From Bacteroidales bacterium (lineage in GTDB: Bacteria; Bacteroidota; Bacteroidia; Bacteroidales; JAUNSR01), in contig JBOFCW010000068.1 in assembly GCA_051646395.1 (NCBI GenBank), positions 1-34,316 on the forward strand: a DNA stretch of 34,316 bases, read 5' to 3'. Below the pieces are notes generated by a model. It did no database searches, was not told where the DNA came from, and saw nothing but the letters and a program-made list of their open reading frames with translations. Of this stretch, positions 23,948 through 32,462 are shown in pieces; the first letter of the stretch is position 1; the number at the start of each line of letters is the position of its first letter. A program made the translations under genes and the position numbers.

Positions 23948-25480
23948 TTACTGCAAGTACCGGTTGTCTTTGATTTCTTGTAATTTGTCGTGGAACTGTT
24001 TTGTCAGCTTTTCTTTATCTGTTGCGCGATTGACCGTTTCACCACAATCTTTTTTCAGATCGTACAATTGCGGTTGACGACTATTGCCCAGTTCGATTTT
24101 AGTGTTTTTATTTACAGCCGGACCATCAGACGGTTCGATGTATTTATAACGACCGTTCGTAAGTGACAGGTTGTTCATCGCATTCTGTTCCACCAGCCAT
24201 TCACGCCCCTTTTTATCTTTTCCAAGCCATGCGTTCAAGTGGTTTTCGCTATCCGGAGCTGCTCCCTGAGGAATATTCACATTCAGCAGATCGGCAAACG
24301 ATGCAAACCAGTCAATCTGACACATCAACGCGTCCGATACCTGAGGTTTCACATTTCCTTTCCAGCGCAGAATAGCCGGTACGCGTGTTCCTGCTTCAAA
24401 TGAACTGTATTTTGCTCCGCGGTAAGGCCCCCATGGTGTATGATCGCCCAATAGTTCGATCGCCTGATCTTGGTATCCGTCATCGATAACCGGCCCGTTG
24501 TCGCTCGAAAGGATCACGATTGTATTTTCATCCAGTCCCAGTCGCTTCAATGTATTCATTACTTCTCCCACGCTCCAGTCGAACTGCAATAATACGTCAC
24601 CTCGCGGCCCCATGTCGCTTTTACCAGCGAATCGTGGATGAGGAACGCGCGGTACATGCGCATCCTGAGTTGCAAAATATAAAAAGAACGGTTCGTCTTT
24701 ATAACGTTCGATGTAAGATATTGCCTGTCCGGTCAGCTGATCGGCAATGTTTTCATCAGTCCAGAGTGCAGATTTTCCTCCTTTCATATATCCGATGCGG
24801 GAGATGCCGTTCACAATACTTTGGTTATGTCCGTGCGAAGGCTGCATTTTCAAAAGTTCAGGATTGTTTTTTCCTGTAGGCTCGCCGGGGAAGTTCTTTT
24901 TGTAACTGACTTCAATCGGATCGTTCGGGTCAAGATTTTCTACAAGACCATTCTTGACAAACACACACGGCACGCGGTCGCCGGTGGCAGCCATGATGTA
25001 AGAATAATCGAAGCCGATATCGCTAAGTCCGGGTGATAGTTGGTTATTCCAGTCCTGAGTGCCGCTCTCATTACCCAATCCCAGATGCCATTTTCCAATC
25101 GCTCCGGTTTTATAGCCAGCTTGTTTAAACATATCGGCAAGTGTATATCGATCCGGACGGATTATCAAAGCCGCATCTCCGTCGGCAATCCCCGTTCCTT
25201 TTTTACGCCAGGCATATTCACCTGTCAGCATCGCATACCGTGAGGGTGTGCTTGTAGCGGCTGCACTATGTGCATCCGTAAACCGGATCCCTTCGGCGGC
25301 CAGTTTGTCAACATTCGGAGTGGATATTCGTTTGGCTCCGTTACAACTTAAATCGCCATAACCGATATCGTCAGCGTAAATGAAAATGATATTGGGTTTT
25401 TGAGGAGCTTTCTCTTTCGGGGCTGCAAATGCAAGTCCGGTCATAGAGGCCAGGGGAAGAAGAGCAAGTGTCTTTTTCAT
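23948..25480 (-). CDS. S1 family Ser-type sulfatase, resembling Gal/GalNAc-6-sulfatases (S1_15-like)
   Basis: PNIIFIYADDIGYGD, S-T-P-S-R motif, GKWHLGLG, AATGDRVP, HVPRVP and SDNGPVIDDGY. Signal peptide present. The subfamily is recalled similarity only. Confidence 0.9.
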   Translation of the reverse strand: MKKTLALLPLASMTGLAFAAPKEKAPQKPNIIFIYADDIGYGDLSCNGAKRISTPNVDKLAAEGIRFTDAHSAAATSTPSRYAMLTGEYAWRKKGTGIADGDAALIIRPDRYTLADMFKQAGYKTGAIGKWHLGLGNESGTQDWNNQLSPGLSDIGFDYSYIMAATGDRVPCVFVKNGLVENLDPNDPIEVSYKKNFPGEPTGKNNPELLKMQPSHGHNQSIVNGISRIGYMKGGKSALWTDENIADQLTGQAISYIERYKDEPFFLYFATQDAHVPRVPHPRFAGKSDMGPRGDVLLQFDWSVGEVMNTLKRLGLDENTIVILSSDNGPVIDDGYQDQAIELLGDHTPWGPYRGAKYSSFEAGTRVPAILRWKGNVKPQVSDALMCQIDWFASFADLLNVNIPQGAAPDSENHLNAWLGKDKKGREWLVEQNAMNNLSLTNGRYKYIEPSDGPAVNKNTKIELGNSRQPQLYDLKKDCGETVNRATDKEKLTKQFHDKLQEIKDNRYLQ

Positions 25481-25564
25481 AAGTGATGGATTATTTTATT
25501 AGGTTTATGTGTGTTTGGGATATATGGTCTTTCGTTTGTTTTCCTGATGTGATTTATGATTAGT

Positions 25565-25598
25565 CAAAATTAATATTCTGGTTTAATATTCAAAATTA
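25565..25598 (-). promoter_or_regulatory. Two candidate -7 boxes for the minus-strand sulfatase
   Basis: TAATTTTG on the minus strand at 25565-25572 and 25591-25598. Confidence 0.45.
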
Positions 25599-25689
25599 CA
25601 CTTCTAAATGTTACGACAATCGATGTCTTGCTCTTTGTTGTAACTTGTTATTAATTAGCGAGGTAGTTGGGTGAAATTAAAATGCTTAT

Positions 25690-25710
25690 TTAGTGTTAAA
25701 ATTACACTAA
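25690..25710. promoter_or_regulatory. Palindromic operator-like site TTAGTGT-N7-ACACTAA
   Basis: Perfect 7-bp arms overlapping the expected -33 region of the GH2 promoter, whose -7 box TATTTTTG is at 25728-25735. Confidence 0.55.
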
Positions 25711-25778
25711 CTATTTATATAAATAATTATTTTTGTGCATAGCGTCACATTTTATTCAGAATTACTTAAATTATACCT

Positions 25779-28292
25779 ATGTTGAAGAATACACTTCTTG
25801 TATTGCCTCTCTTCCTTTCCGGAAGTCTTTTCGCGCAGCAGCGTGATACCTTATTGCTTGAAAAAAACTGGAAATTTGCAAAAGGAGACTATCCTGAAGC
25901 CAAGTCTGTCGATTTTAACGATAAAAAATGGGAAACTGTACGGGTCCCTCATGACTGGGCCATTTATGGACCATTCAGTTTTCATAATGATGTGCAGAAT
26001 CTGGCGATCTCTCAGGACGGACAGAAAAATGCCATGGAACATGCGGGGAGAACAGGCGGTTTGCCTTTTGTCGGAACCGGATGGTATCGTACCAAAATAA
26101 ACATACCTGATTACGATGCCGCAAACCGTGCTGTGATCCAGTTTGACGGGGCAATGAGCAATTCGCAGGTATACGTAAACGGAAAACCGGCCGGAGGATG
26201 GCCTTATGGCTATAATTCCTTTCATCTGGATATCACGGAATTCCTGCAGCAGGGTGAAAACACGATTGCCGTTCGGCTGGAGAATCCCAATGAATCATCC
26301 CGTTGGTATCCGGGTGCCGGATTGTATCGCAATGTGCGCGTGATCGTGATGCAGGATGCCTATATCCCGACGTGGGGAACACAAATCACGACACCGGTAA
26401 TCAATAAGGATTATGCAAAAGTAAATGTGAATACGACTTTTTGTATTCCTGAAAATGAGGATCCGGCACGTTATTCCATCAAAACGGTATTAAAAGATAA
26501 CAAAGGGAACGAGGTGGCCTCAGTCGTTTCGCCTGTACGTCTGACACGTGCTCAGTTAAAGTACGAATCACCGGTTCAGAATCAGGAGCTTACTGTAAGC
26601 AACCCGCGGTTGTGGGATTTGGATACGCCCGAAATGTATCTGGCCGAATCTTATCTGTATAAAGGAGAGCAATTGAAAGACCGTTATGAAACACCTTTCG
26701 GTTTCCGAACGATCGAGCTGATTCCGGACGACGGTTTTTACCTGAACGGGCGCAAGCTGAAAATACAGGGAGTTTGTAATCACCACGATCTGGGTCCTCT
26801 CGGTGCCGCTGTCAACGAAGCTGCTCTGCGTCGTCAGATCCGTATCATGAAAGATATGGGTGTGAATGCGATTCGTACCTCTCATAATATGCCCGCACCT
26901 GAATTTGTTCGCCTTTGTGACGAGATGGGAATGATGGTGGCTTGTGAAACCTTCGACAGCTGGAAAATACCGAAAGTACCCAATGGTTATAATCTGATTT
27001 GGGATGAATGGGCAGAAAAAGACCTTGTCAGCGCGATTCGTCATTTCCGGAACAACCCATCTGTCGTGATGTGGTTTATCGGGAATGAGGTGGAAGAACA
27101 AAGCACGAAAAACGGAGAGGGAGGAAAAATAGCCAAATGGCTTACCGATATTTGCAAAAGAGAAGATCCGACCCGTATCGTGACCAACGGAATGGATCGG
27201 CCTGATCATTTTATCAACAACAATATGGCTGGTATGCTGGATGTGCCCGGTTTCAATTATCGTCCGTTCCGTTATCAGGAGGGGTATCAGAAATTACCAC
27301 AGCGACTTATACTAGGCAGTGAAACAGCCTCGACACTTAGTTCGAGAGGTATTTATAAGTTTCCGATACAACGGCAGTCGATGAAAAAATACGATGACCA
27401 CCAGGCTTCTTCTTATGATGTAGAGCACTGTCTTTGGTCTGATCTTCCGGAGGATAACTTTATCATGCACGACGATTTGCCTTATACGATTGGTGAGTTC
27501 GTGTGGACCGGATTCGATTATCTGGGTGAACCGACCCCTTATTATAGCGATTGGCCGAGCCACAGCTCGCTTTTCGGAATCGTTGATTTGGCCGGATTGC
27601 CGAAAGACCGTTATTATCTTTACCGCAGCCACTGGAACAAGCAGGAAGAAACATTACACATGCTTCCTCACTGGAACTGGAAAGGTAAGGAGGGCGATAC
27701 GATTCCGGTATTCGTTTACACCAGCTATCCCTCGGCCGAATTGTTTATAAATGGAAAAAGCCAGGGGCGCAGAACGAAAGATCTATCTGTCGGGCTGGAG
27801 GCTTCCGGAACAAAAGAGGCAATGTCTGCGCTTGAGCGATGCAAACGTTACCGGTTGATGTGGATGGACACGCAATATGAGCCGGGCACAGTCAAAGTAG
27901 TAGCGTATGATGAAAACGGGAAAGTGGCTGCACAAAAAGAAATGGTTACATCAGGTGAGCCTTTTGCGATTGAACTTTCTGCTGACCGTCAGACGATTTC
28001 GGCGGATGGCAAGGATATTAGTTTCGTTACGGCGACAGTTGTCGATAAAAACGGGAATCCATGTCTGAATGCTGTGCCCGAACTTTCATTCAGGGTAAAA
28101 GGAGCCGGTAAATATCGTGCGGCCGCCAATGGTGATCCTACGGATACGACAGTCTTCCATTCCAATAAGATGAAGGCTTTCAGCGGTAAGCTTGTTGTGC
28201 TGGTGCAGGCTGATGAGAAACCAGGTGATATCGAACTTTCTGTTTCAGGAAAAGGGTTGAAGCCGGGGATAGTAAAACTTTCAGCCCAGTAA
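25779..28292 (+). CDS. GH2 glycoside hydrolase, probable beta-galactosidase (non-LacZ architecture)
   Basis: VPHDWAI, SRWYPGAGLYR, GVCNHHDLGPLG, NAIRTSHN, WFIGNE (acid/base), GSETAS (nucleophile), GEFVWTGFDYLGEPTP and LPHWNW. Signal peptide present. Confidence 0.93.
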   Translation: MLKNTLLVLPLFLSGSLFAQQRDTLLLEKNWKFAKGDYPEAKSVDFNDKKWETVRVPHDWAIYGPFSFHNDVQNLAISQDGQKNAMEHAGRTGGLPFVGTGWYRTKINIPDYDAANRAVIQFDGAMSNSQVYVNGKPAGGWPYGYNSFHLDITEFLQQGENTIAVRLENPNESSRWYPGAGLYRNVRVIVMQDAYIPTWGTQITTPVINKDYAKVNVNTTFCIPENEDPARYSIKTVLKDNKGNEVASVVSPVRLTRAQLKYESPVQNQELTVSNPRLWDLDTPEMYLAESYLYKGEQLKDRYETPFGFRTIELIPDDGFYLNGRKLKIQGVCNHHDLGPLGAAVNEAALRRQIRIMKDMGVNAIRTSHNMPAPEFVRLCDEMGMMVACETFDSWKIPKVPNGYNLIWDEWAEKDLVSAIRHFRNNPSVVMWFIGNEVEEQSTKNGEGGKIAKWLTDICKREDPTRIVTNGMDRPDHFINNNMAGMLDVPGFNYRPFRYQEGYQKLPQRLILGSETASTLSSRGIYKFPIQRQSMKKYDDHQASSYDVEHCLWSDLPEDNFIMHDDLPYTIGEFVWTGFDYLGEPTPYYSDWPSHSSLFGIVDLAGLPKDRYYLYRSHWNKQEETLHMLPHWNWKGKEGDTIPVFVYTSYPSAELFINGKSQGRRTKDLSVGLEASGTKEAMSALERCKRYRLMWMDTQYEPGTVKVVAYDENGKVAAQKEMVTSGEPFAIELSADRQTISADGKDISFVTATVVDKNGNPCLNAVPELSFRVKGAGKYRAAANGDPTDTTVFHSNKMKAFSGKLVVLVQADEKPGDIELSVSGKGLKPGIVKLSAQ

Positions 28293-28322
28293 TATAGGGG
28301 CTTGATTTTCTAATAGGTATTG

Positions 28323-28360
28323 GGTTCGGATCGGTTAATGCCGGTCTGAACCTTTTTTTT
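28323..28360 (+). terminator. Intrinsic terminator after the second GH2
   Basis: GGTTCGGATCGG / CCGGTCTGAACC stem with G-U pairs, followed by T8. Confidence 0.85.
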
Positions 28361-28365
28361 GATTA

Positions 28366-28872
28366 CAATATAAAGAACATCTTTCCGATTACCGGAGTTG
28401 GTCTCAATTGCCATACATAGGCCGATATATTCTATTTCCACAAAATATCGGCACCAGCCTTAGTCTTGATGAAACATATCTATCAAACGGCGGGCTCACA
28501 CTATTATAATTAAGCTGCGTACGATATGATTCACCAACTCAGGTGTATTTATAATCAGAAATATACAAAAGAGGTTGCGAAGGCAAAGTTAGGATTGTGG
28601 TACAACGAAATGGGGGAACTGGAGAAAAGATTGAAGGGGTCTTATTTTAACACGGTGATTAATACAATTCGAAGCTATTCGGAAGAGATTTTGAATTATT
28701 ATAACAACCGTAGTACAAATGCTTCGGCGGAGTCTTTTAATGCCAAAATCAAAGCTTTTAGAGCTGGATTCAGGGGTGTGACAGATGTGAAATTTTTCCT
28801 ATATCGACTCGCTAAAATTTATGCTTGAGCAAAGAGTAAATTTAACATTACCACAACTTCTGAGACTGATCC
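28366..28872 (+). mobile_element. ISL3-family transposase remnant (internal fragment, C-terminus and right end)
   Basis: Translates as YKEHLSDYRSW...LFPQNIGTSLSLDETYLSNG, then jumps to ORF 28526-28828 with NRSTNASAESFNAKIKAFR..FRGV (ISL3 C-terminal motif). The terminal IR reads GGATCAGTCTCAGAAGTTGT inward from 28872. Confidence 0.85.
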
Positions 28873-28900
28873 AAAATGAGGAATGGTGGGGTATAGGTAT

Positions 28901-28938
28901 AAAAAAAGAGTTCTGAAAACAATTGTTTTCAGAACTCT
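28901..28938 (-). terminator. Terminator of tRNA-Ser; perfect 32-bp palindrome
   Basis: AGAGTTCTGAAAACAATTGTTTTCAGAACTCT (28907-28938), followed by a T-run on the minus strand. Confidence 0.85.
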
Positions 28939-28940
28939 AG

Positions 28941-29025
28941 CGGAGAGAGAGGGATTCAAACCCCCGGTACCTTTCAGTACGGCGGTTTTCAAGACCGCTG
29001 CAATCGATCACTCTGCCATCTCTCC
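28941..29025 (-). tRNA. tRNA-Ser (anticodon TGA)
   Basis: Cloverleaf with GGAGAGA/TCTCTCC acceptor, G discriminator, GCGGT-CT-TGA-AA-ACCGC anticodon arm and long variable arm. T-loop TTTGAAT is non-canonical. CCA is not encoded. Confidence 0.93.
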
Positions 29026-29063
29026 AGGACAGTTGCAACAGGTTTTAATTCCCGATTGCGTTG

Positions 29064-29093
29064 CAAAGGTAAGTGTTTTTTTTGTTTCTGCAA
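29064..29093 (-). promoter_or_regulatory. tRNA-Ser promoter
   Basis: -33 TTG (29091-29093), 19-nt spacer, -7 TACCTTTG (29064-29071). Confidence 0.75.
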
Positions 29094-29529
29094 GAGTTTG
29101 ACTAAACTTTTTTATTTAAAATGAATGGCTTTTTTTCTTTTGTATTCATTATCAGTTTGTAAAGTCTTATCGGTATATGTGTTTTTTTTATTTCAGGAAT
29201 GAAGAACAGCTGGTTGAAGAGGTAGGTGGATTGAAGTAAGCTGATGTTCGAATAGGAATAGCGTATTTTTGTGTTTAATTATTATTGTTTGGATTCAAAA
29301 GTTGGAGGCCTCATTCGAGAGTCAATTGTTCGATGTTTTGAAAAATAGGATTAGATATTAGTTTTTTGATTTCAGAAAGGATGAGTCATGAAAATAAATA
29401 ATAGGGTTCATAAAAAAATACTGAATTAATTTTTTTCATGGTTTTTTGATTTATAGGACATTATCTTAATATTAGACGTTTTTTTTATTGTTTCATTGAA
29501 AAAACATTTAATAAATTTTGAATCAGGTG

Positions 29530-29560
29530 TTGCACAGTAAAAATATATGTCCTATATTTG
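29530..29560 (+). promoter_or_regulatory. tRNA-Asp promoter
   Basis: -33 TTG (29530-29532), 20-nt spacer, -7 TATATTTG (29553-29560). Confidence 0.75.
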
Positions 29561-29604
29561 CATCGCAATCGGGAAACAATGATGACCGAAAGTAAACTCC
29601 AAAC

Positions 29605-29678
29605 GGTGTGGTAGTTCAGCTGGTTAGAATACCTGCCTGTCACGCAGGGGGTCGCGGGTTCGAGTCCCGTCCATACCG
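29605..29678 (+). tRNA. tRNA-Asp (anticodon GTC)
   Basis: GGTGTGG...CCATACC-G acceptor, CCTGC-CT-GTC-AC-GCAGG anticodon arm and TTCGAGT T-loop. Confidence 0.97.
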
Positions 29679-29679
29679 C

Positions 29680-29713
29680 AAAGGCTTGATGATTTATCAT
29701 CAAGCCTTTTTTT
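29680..29713 (+). terminator. Terminator of tRNA-Asp
   Basis: AAAGGCTTGATGA / TCATCAAGCCTTT stem followed by a T-run. Confidence 0.88.
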
Positions 29714-29740
29714 GTTCGCCCAGGATGGGTGATAATTCTG

Positions 29741-30205
29741 GAGTCAGTCTCAAGTGTTGTTTGTTATTGGATGAGTAATAAACATTGCGCTCGAATTAAA
29801 ACTGAGAAGAATGGAGGTGGTTGAATTTTTATCGATGGGTTTACCTGAAGGTATTCTGGATTACTTCAAAGTAATCAAAGTCATAAAAATGGATGATGTT
29901 TTTGAGGTTTGGATTGAATAAAAAAATGCACTAAATAATCATATAGATGATATGCAGGTTGTGTTCAGTGGTTTTCGTATGGATGTTTATTTGCAGGGTT
30001 TGTTTCAGTCGCCACACGCAGACCGATCTATTCTATTTCCGCAAAATATCGGCACCAGCCTTGTTCTTGAAACATGTCTATCCAACGGAGAACTCTACGC
30101 TATTCTAGCAAATAAAGACAAGCCGGAAGCAAAGGTTGTATCGTAGTTATAATGCAAGGGGTTAAAAGCGACGATATCGTCGGATGAATAAATATAAATA
30201 CCAGG
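29741..30205 (+). mobile_element. Second ISL3-family remnant (left end and degenerate N-terminal part)
   Basis: Left IR GAGTCAGTCTCAAGTGTTGT matches the right IR at 28853-28872 at 15/20. Reads MEVVEFLSMGLPEGILDYFK from 29811 with a premature stop, then LFPQNIGTSL..ETCLSNGELY and a frameshifted GSKGCIVVIMQGVKSDD. The right boundary is approximate. Confidence 0.8.
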
Positions 30206-30238
30206 TTGGGTTCTGGTCTTGTCTTGTTTGGTAGTTAT

Positions 30239-30277
30239 AAAAAAAAGCCTTCCGATCTTTCGATCAGAAGGCTTTTT
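30239..30277 (-). terminator. Terminator of the tRNA-Gly/Leu transcript
   Basis: Minus strand GCCTTCTGATC-GAAA-GATCGGAAGGC followed by T8. Confidence 0.88.
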
Positions 30278-30280
30278 CTG

Positions 30281-30364
30281 TACCCGGAGCGGGACTTGAA
30301 CCCGCACAACTGCAATAGTCGCAGGATTTTAAGTCCTGTGTGTCTACCATTCCACCATCCGGGC
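30281..30364 (-). tRNA. tRNA-Leu (anticodon TAA)
   Basis: GCCCGGA...TCCGGGT-A acceptor, CAGGA-CT-TAA-AA-TCCTG anticodon arm, long variable arm and TTCAAGT T-loop. Confidence 0.96.
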
Positions 30365-30373
30365 ATCCGAGAG

Positions 30374-30446
30374 AGCGAAAAACGGGACTCGAACCCGCGA
30401 CCCCAACCTTGGCAAGGTTGTGCTCTACCAACTGAGCTATTTTCGC
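30374..30446 (-). tRNA. tRNA-Gly (anticodon GCC)
   Basis: GCGAAAA...TTTTCGC-T acceptor, CAACC-TT-GCC-AA-GGTTG anticodon arm and TTCGAGT T-loop; 9 nt upstream of tRNA-Leu. Confidence 0.97.
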
Positions 30447-30457
30447 GTTTGCGTGTG

Positions 30458-30488
30458 CAAATATAGGGCAAATTTCTGTTGTTCCAAA
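30458..30488 (-). promoter_or_regulatory. tRNA-Gly/Leu promoter
   Basis: -33 TTTG (30485-30488), 19-nt spacer, -7 TATATTTG (30458-30465): full Bacteroidetes consensus. Confidence 0.8.
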
Positions 30489-30557
30489 TAAAAGGATTAC
30501 TTTTTTTTGATTTTATTTAGTCTTGCATTCCCTGTATTGCTCTGTTTTTGCTGTTTT

Positions 30558-31016
30558 TTAGTTGTAAACGGTTAATAAATAGGAGCTTTCGGAATAATGC
30601 GCATTGTAACGGCGCAACATTAATTTCAGATCTTTTGCCGGACCAGAAGTGGGAGCCGGATTGCCATAACGGATCACATCGAACTCCGATTTGCAAGAAG
30701 GACAAACCACGTTGTAATCATCTTTCATTTTCAGGAGAACCGAACGGCTGATCTCCACCGGGCATGCCAGATCATAGGCATATGCTTCGGACTCGTAAGT
30801 ATATCCTTTAACAACCAAAACACCGGCAAAACCGATGTAGGGAGCTTCGGGTGTGGGAGAGCTGATAATCTTATATCCCTGTTGAATGAAGTCGAGAGCC
30901 GTAGTACGCGTATTCATTTGTATCTCGACACGGCTGCGGGGAATGAGGCTGTCAACTTTTTCGTCGCAAGCGCAAAGCGTAAATAAGAAAGAGAGTAAAA
31001 GCAGAGGGTGTTTCAT
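30558..31016 (-). CDS. Rieske-like domain lipoprotein
   Basis: Lipobox LCA-C-DEK. AYDLACPVE and VCPSCKSEF sit at Rieske box positions, followed by G.P..GP....LRRY. Confidence 0.7.
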   Translation of the reverse strand: MKHPLLLLSFLFTLCACDEKVDSLIPRSRVEIQMNTRTTALDFIQQGYKIISSPTPEAPYIGFAGVLVVKGYTYESEAYAYDLACPVEISRSVLLKMKDDYNVVCPSCKSEFDVIRYGNPAPTSGPAKDLKLMLRRYNAHYSESSYLLTVYN

Positions 31017-31103
31017 CGGATGTAATTGAGTAAGAAGAACGAAAGATGTCGGGAGGGAATGATATCCCTCTCCTGCACCGATCGCGAATGAGAATTCCCG
31101 GTC

Positions 31104-32438
31104 TTATTGTCCGGTCAATGATTTTACGGCCTGGGTAGCCTTTTCAAAGTCGAAACCTTCGACTACTTGTTGCATCAGCAGGTTGATCTGCGGAATGCAC
31201 AAATTGCCAATACTGCCTTCGTGCGTGTGAGATACCTCTTTTTTGCAACTGAAATTTCCCGATTCGATGTCGAGTCCTACTTTCTTATAAGCATCCCGGA
31301 AAGGCATTCCTTCGGAAGCAAGCCGGTTTACTTCTTCTACCGAGAAGATAAGATCGTATTTGTTGTCGTCCAGGATTTGCTCGTTCACTTCGATATGTTC
31401 CATCATCAGATCGACCATCCGAATACAGTCTTTTAGTTCGTCAAACAAGGGCAGGAAGATTTCTTTGATAATCTGCAAATCGCGGAAATAACCCGAAGGA
31501 AGGTTGTTGGCGATCATCATGATCTGTTGCGGCACACTTTGTATCTTATTGCACTTGGCCCGGGTAAGTTCGAAAACATCCGGATTCTTTTTGTGCGGCA
31601 TGATGCTCGAACCGGTAGTGAAAGCATCATGTAGCTTGATGAATCCGAAATTCTGCGAGCTGAACATACACGCATCATAGGCCAGTTTGGAAAGGGTTCC
31701 GGCTATCGATCCCAGTGCTGAAGCAACGATCCGTTCGGTTTTGCCTCGTCCCATCTGTGCATAAACAACATTATATGCCATCGAATCGAAACCGAGTAGT
31801 TCGGTTGTCAACGTGCGGTTGAGGGGGAAAGAGGAGCCATAGCCTGCGGCCGATCCCAGCGGATTGCGGTTGGTTACTTTGTAAGCGGCCTGCAATACGG
31901 TCAGATCGTCGATCAGACTTTCTGCGTACGCACCAAACCAAAGTCCGAAAGAGGAGGGCATCGCAATCTGTAAATGGGTATATCCCGGCATCAGGGTTTG
32001 AGAATACTTTTCGCTCTGGCGGATGAGGGTTTGGAATAACTGCTGGCTGAGGAGTGTGATTTCGCGGATCTCATGGCGCATAAACAGTTTCAGATCGACC
32101 AGGACCTGGTCGTTGCGTGAGCGGCCACTGTGAATTTTTTTACCCATATCGCCCAATTTGCGGGTGAGCATGAGTTCTACCTGAGAATGGACATCTTCGA
32201 TGCCGTCTTCTATGATAAACCGATCGGTGAGGGCAAGGGTGTAGATGTTGCGCAACTCGGCCATCAGCAGGTTTAGCTCTTCGGCGGTAAGCAAGCCGAT
32301 CGATTCGAGCATGGTAATATGGGCCATCGAGCCCAATACGTCGAAAGGAGCCAGGTATAGATCCATTTCACGGTCTTTGCCGACCGTGAAACGTTCTATT
32401 TCATGATTCACTTTCGTGCTTTTCTCCCAAAGCTTCAT
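31104..32438 (-). CDS. argH: Argininosuccinate lyase
   Basis: EDVHSQVE, HSGRSRNDQV, MPGYTHLQ.A, PLGSAAGYG and the fumarate lyase signature TGSSIMPHKKNPD. Confidence 0.97.
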   Translation of the reverse strand: MKLWEKSTKVNHEIERFTVGKDREMDLYLAPFDVLGSMAHITMLESIGLLTAEELNLLMAELRNIYTLALTDRFIIEDGIEDVHSQVELMLTRKLGDMGKKIHSGRSRNDQVLVDLKLFMRHEIREITLLSQQLFQTLIRQSEKYSQTLMPGYTHLQIAMPSSFGLWFGAYAESLIDDLTVLQAAYKVTNRNPLGSAAGYGSSFPLNRTLTTELLGFDSMAYNVVYAQMGRGKTERIVASALGSIAGTLSKLAYDACMFSSQNFGFIKLHDAFTTGSSIMPHKKNPDVFELTRAKCNKIQSVPQQIMMIANNLPSGYFRDLQIIKEIFLPLFDELKDCIRMVDLMMEHIEVNEQILDDNKYDLIFSVEEVNRLASEGMPFRDAYKKVGLDIESGNFSCKKEVSHTHEGSIGNLCIPQINLLMQQVVEGFDFEKATQAVKSLTGQ

Positions 32439-32462
32439 GATCTGTAAAGATGAAAGTGTGAA

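Noticed and set aside
28526-28828. Intact transposase gene
   Set aside because: Only the C-terminal ~100 aa remain; the element is internally deleted and lacks its left end.
29049-29575. Phase-variable invertible promoter
   Set aside because: No recombinase nearby, the repeat coincides with promoter consensus, and a third tRNA promoter shares part of it. Kept only as a low-ranked finding.
28938-30446. Missing CCA ends, and tRNA 3' ends as integration (att) sites
   Set aside because: Non-encoded CCA is ordinary in Bacteroidetes. I saw no integrase and no duplicated tRNA 3' end in the window.
28883-30471. ORFs across the tRNA genes (28883-29101, 29485-29703, 30095-30307, 30206-30466, 30235-30471)
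   Set aside because: Spurious translations of tRNA and terminator sequence.
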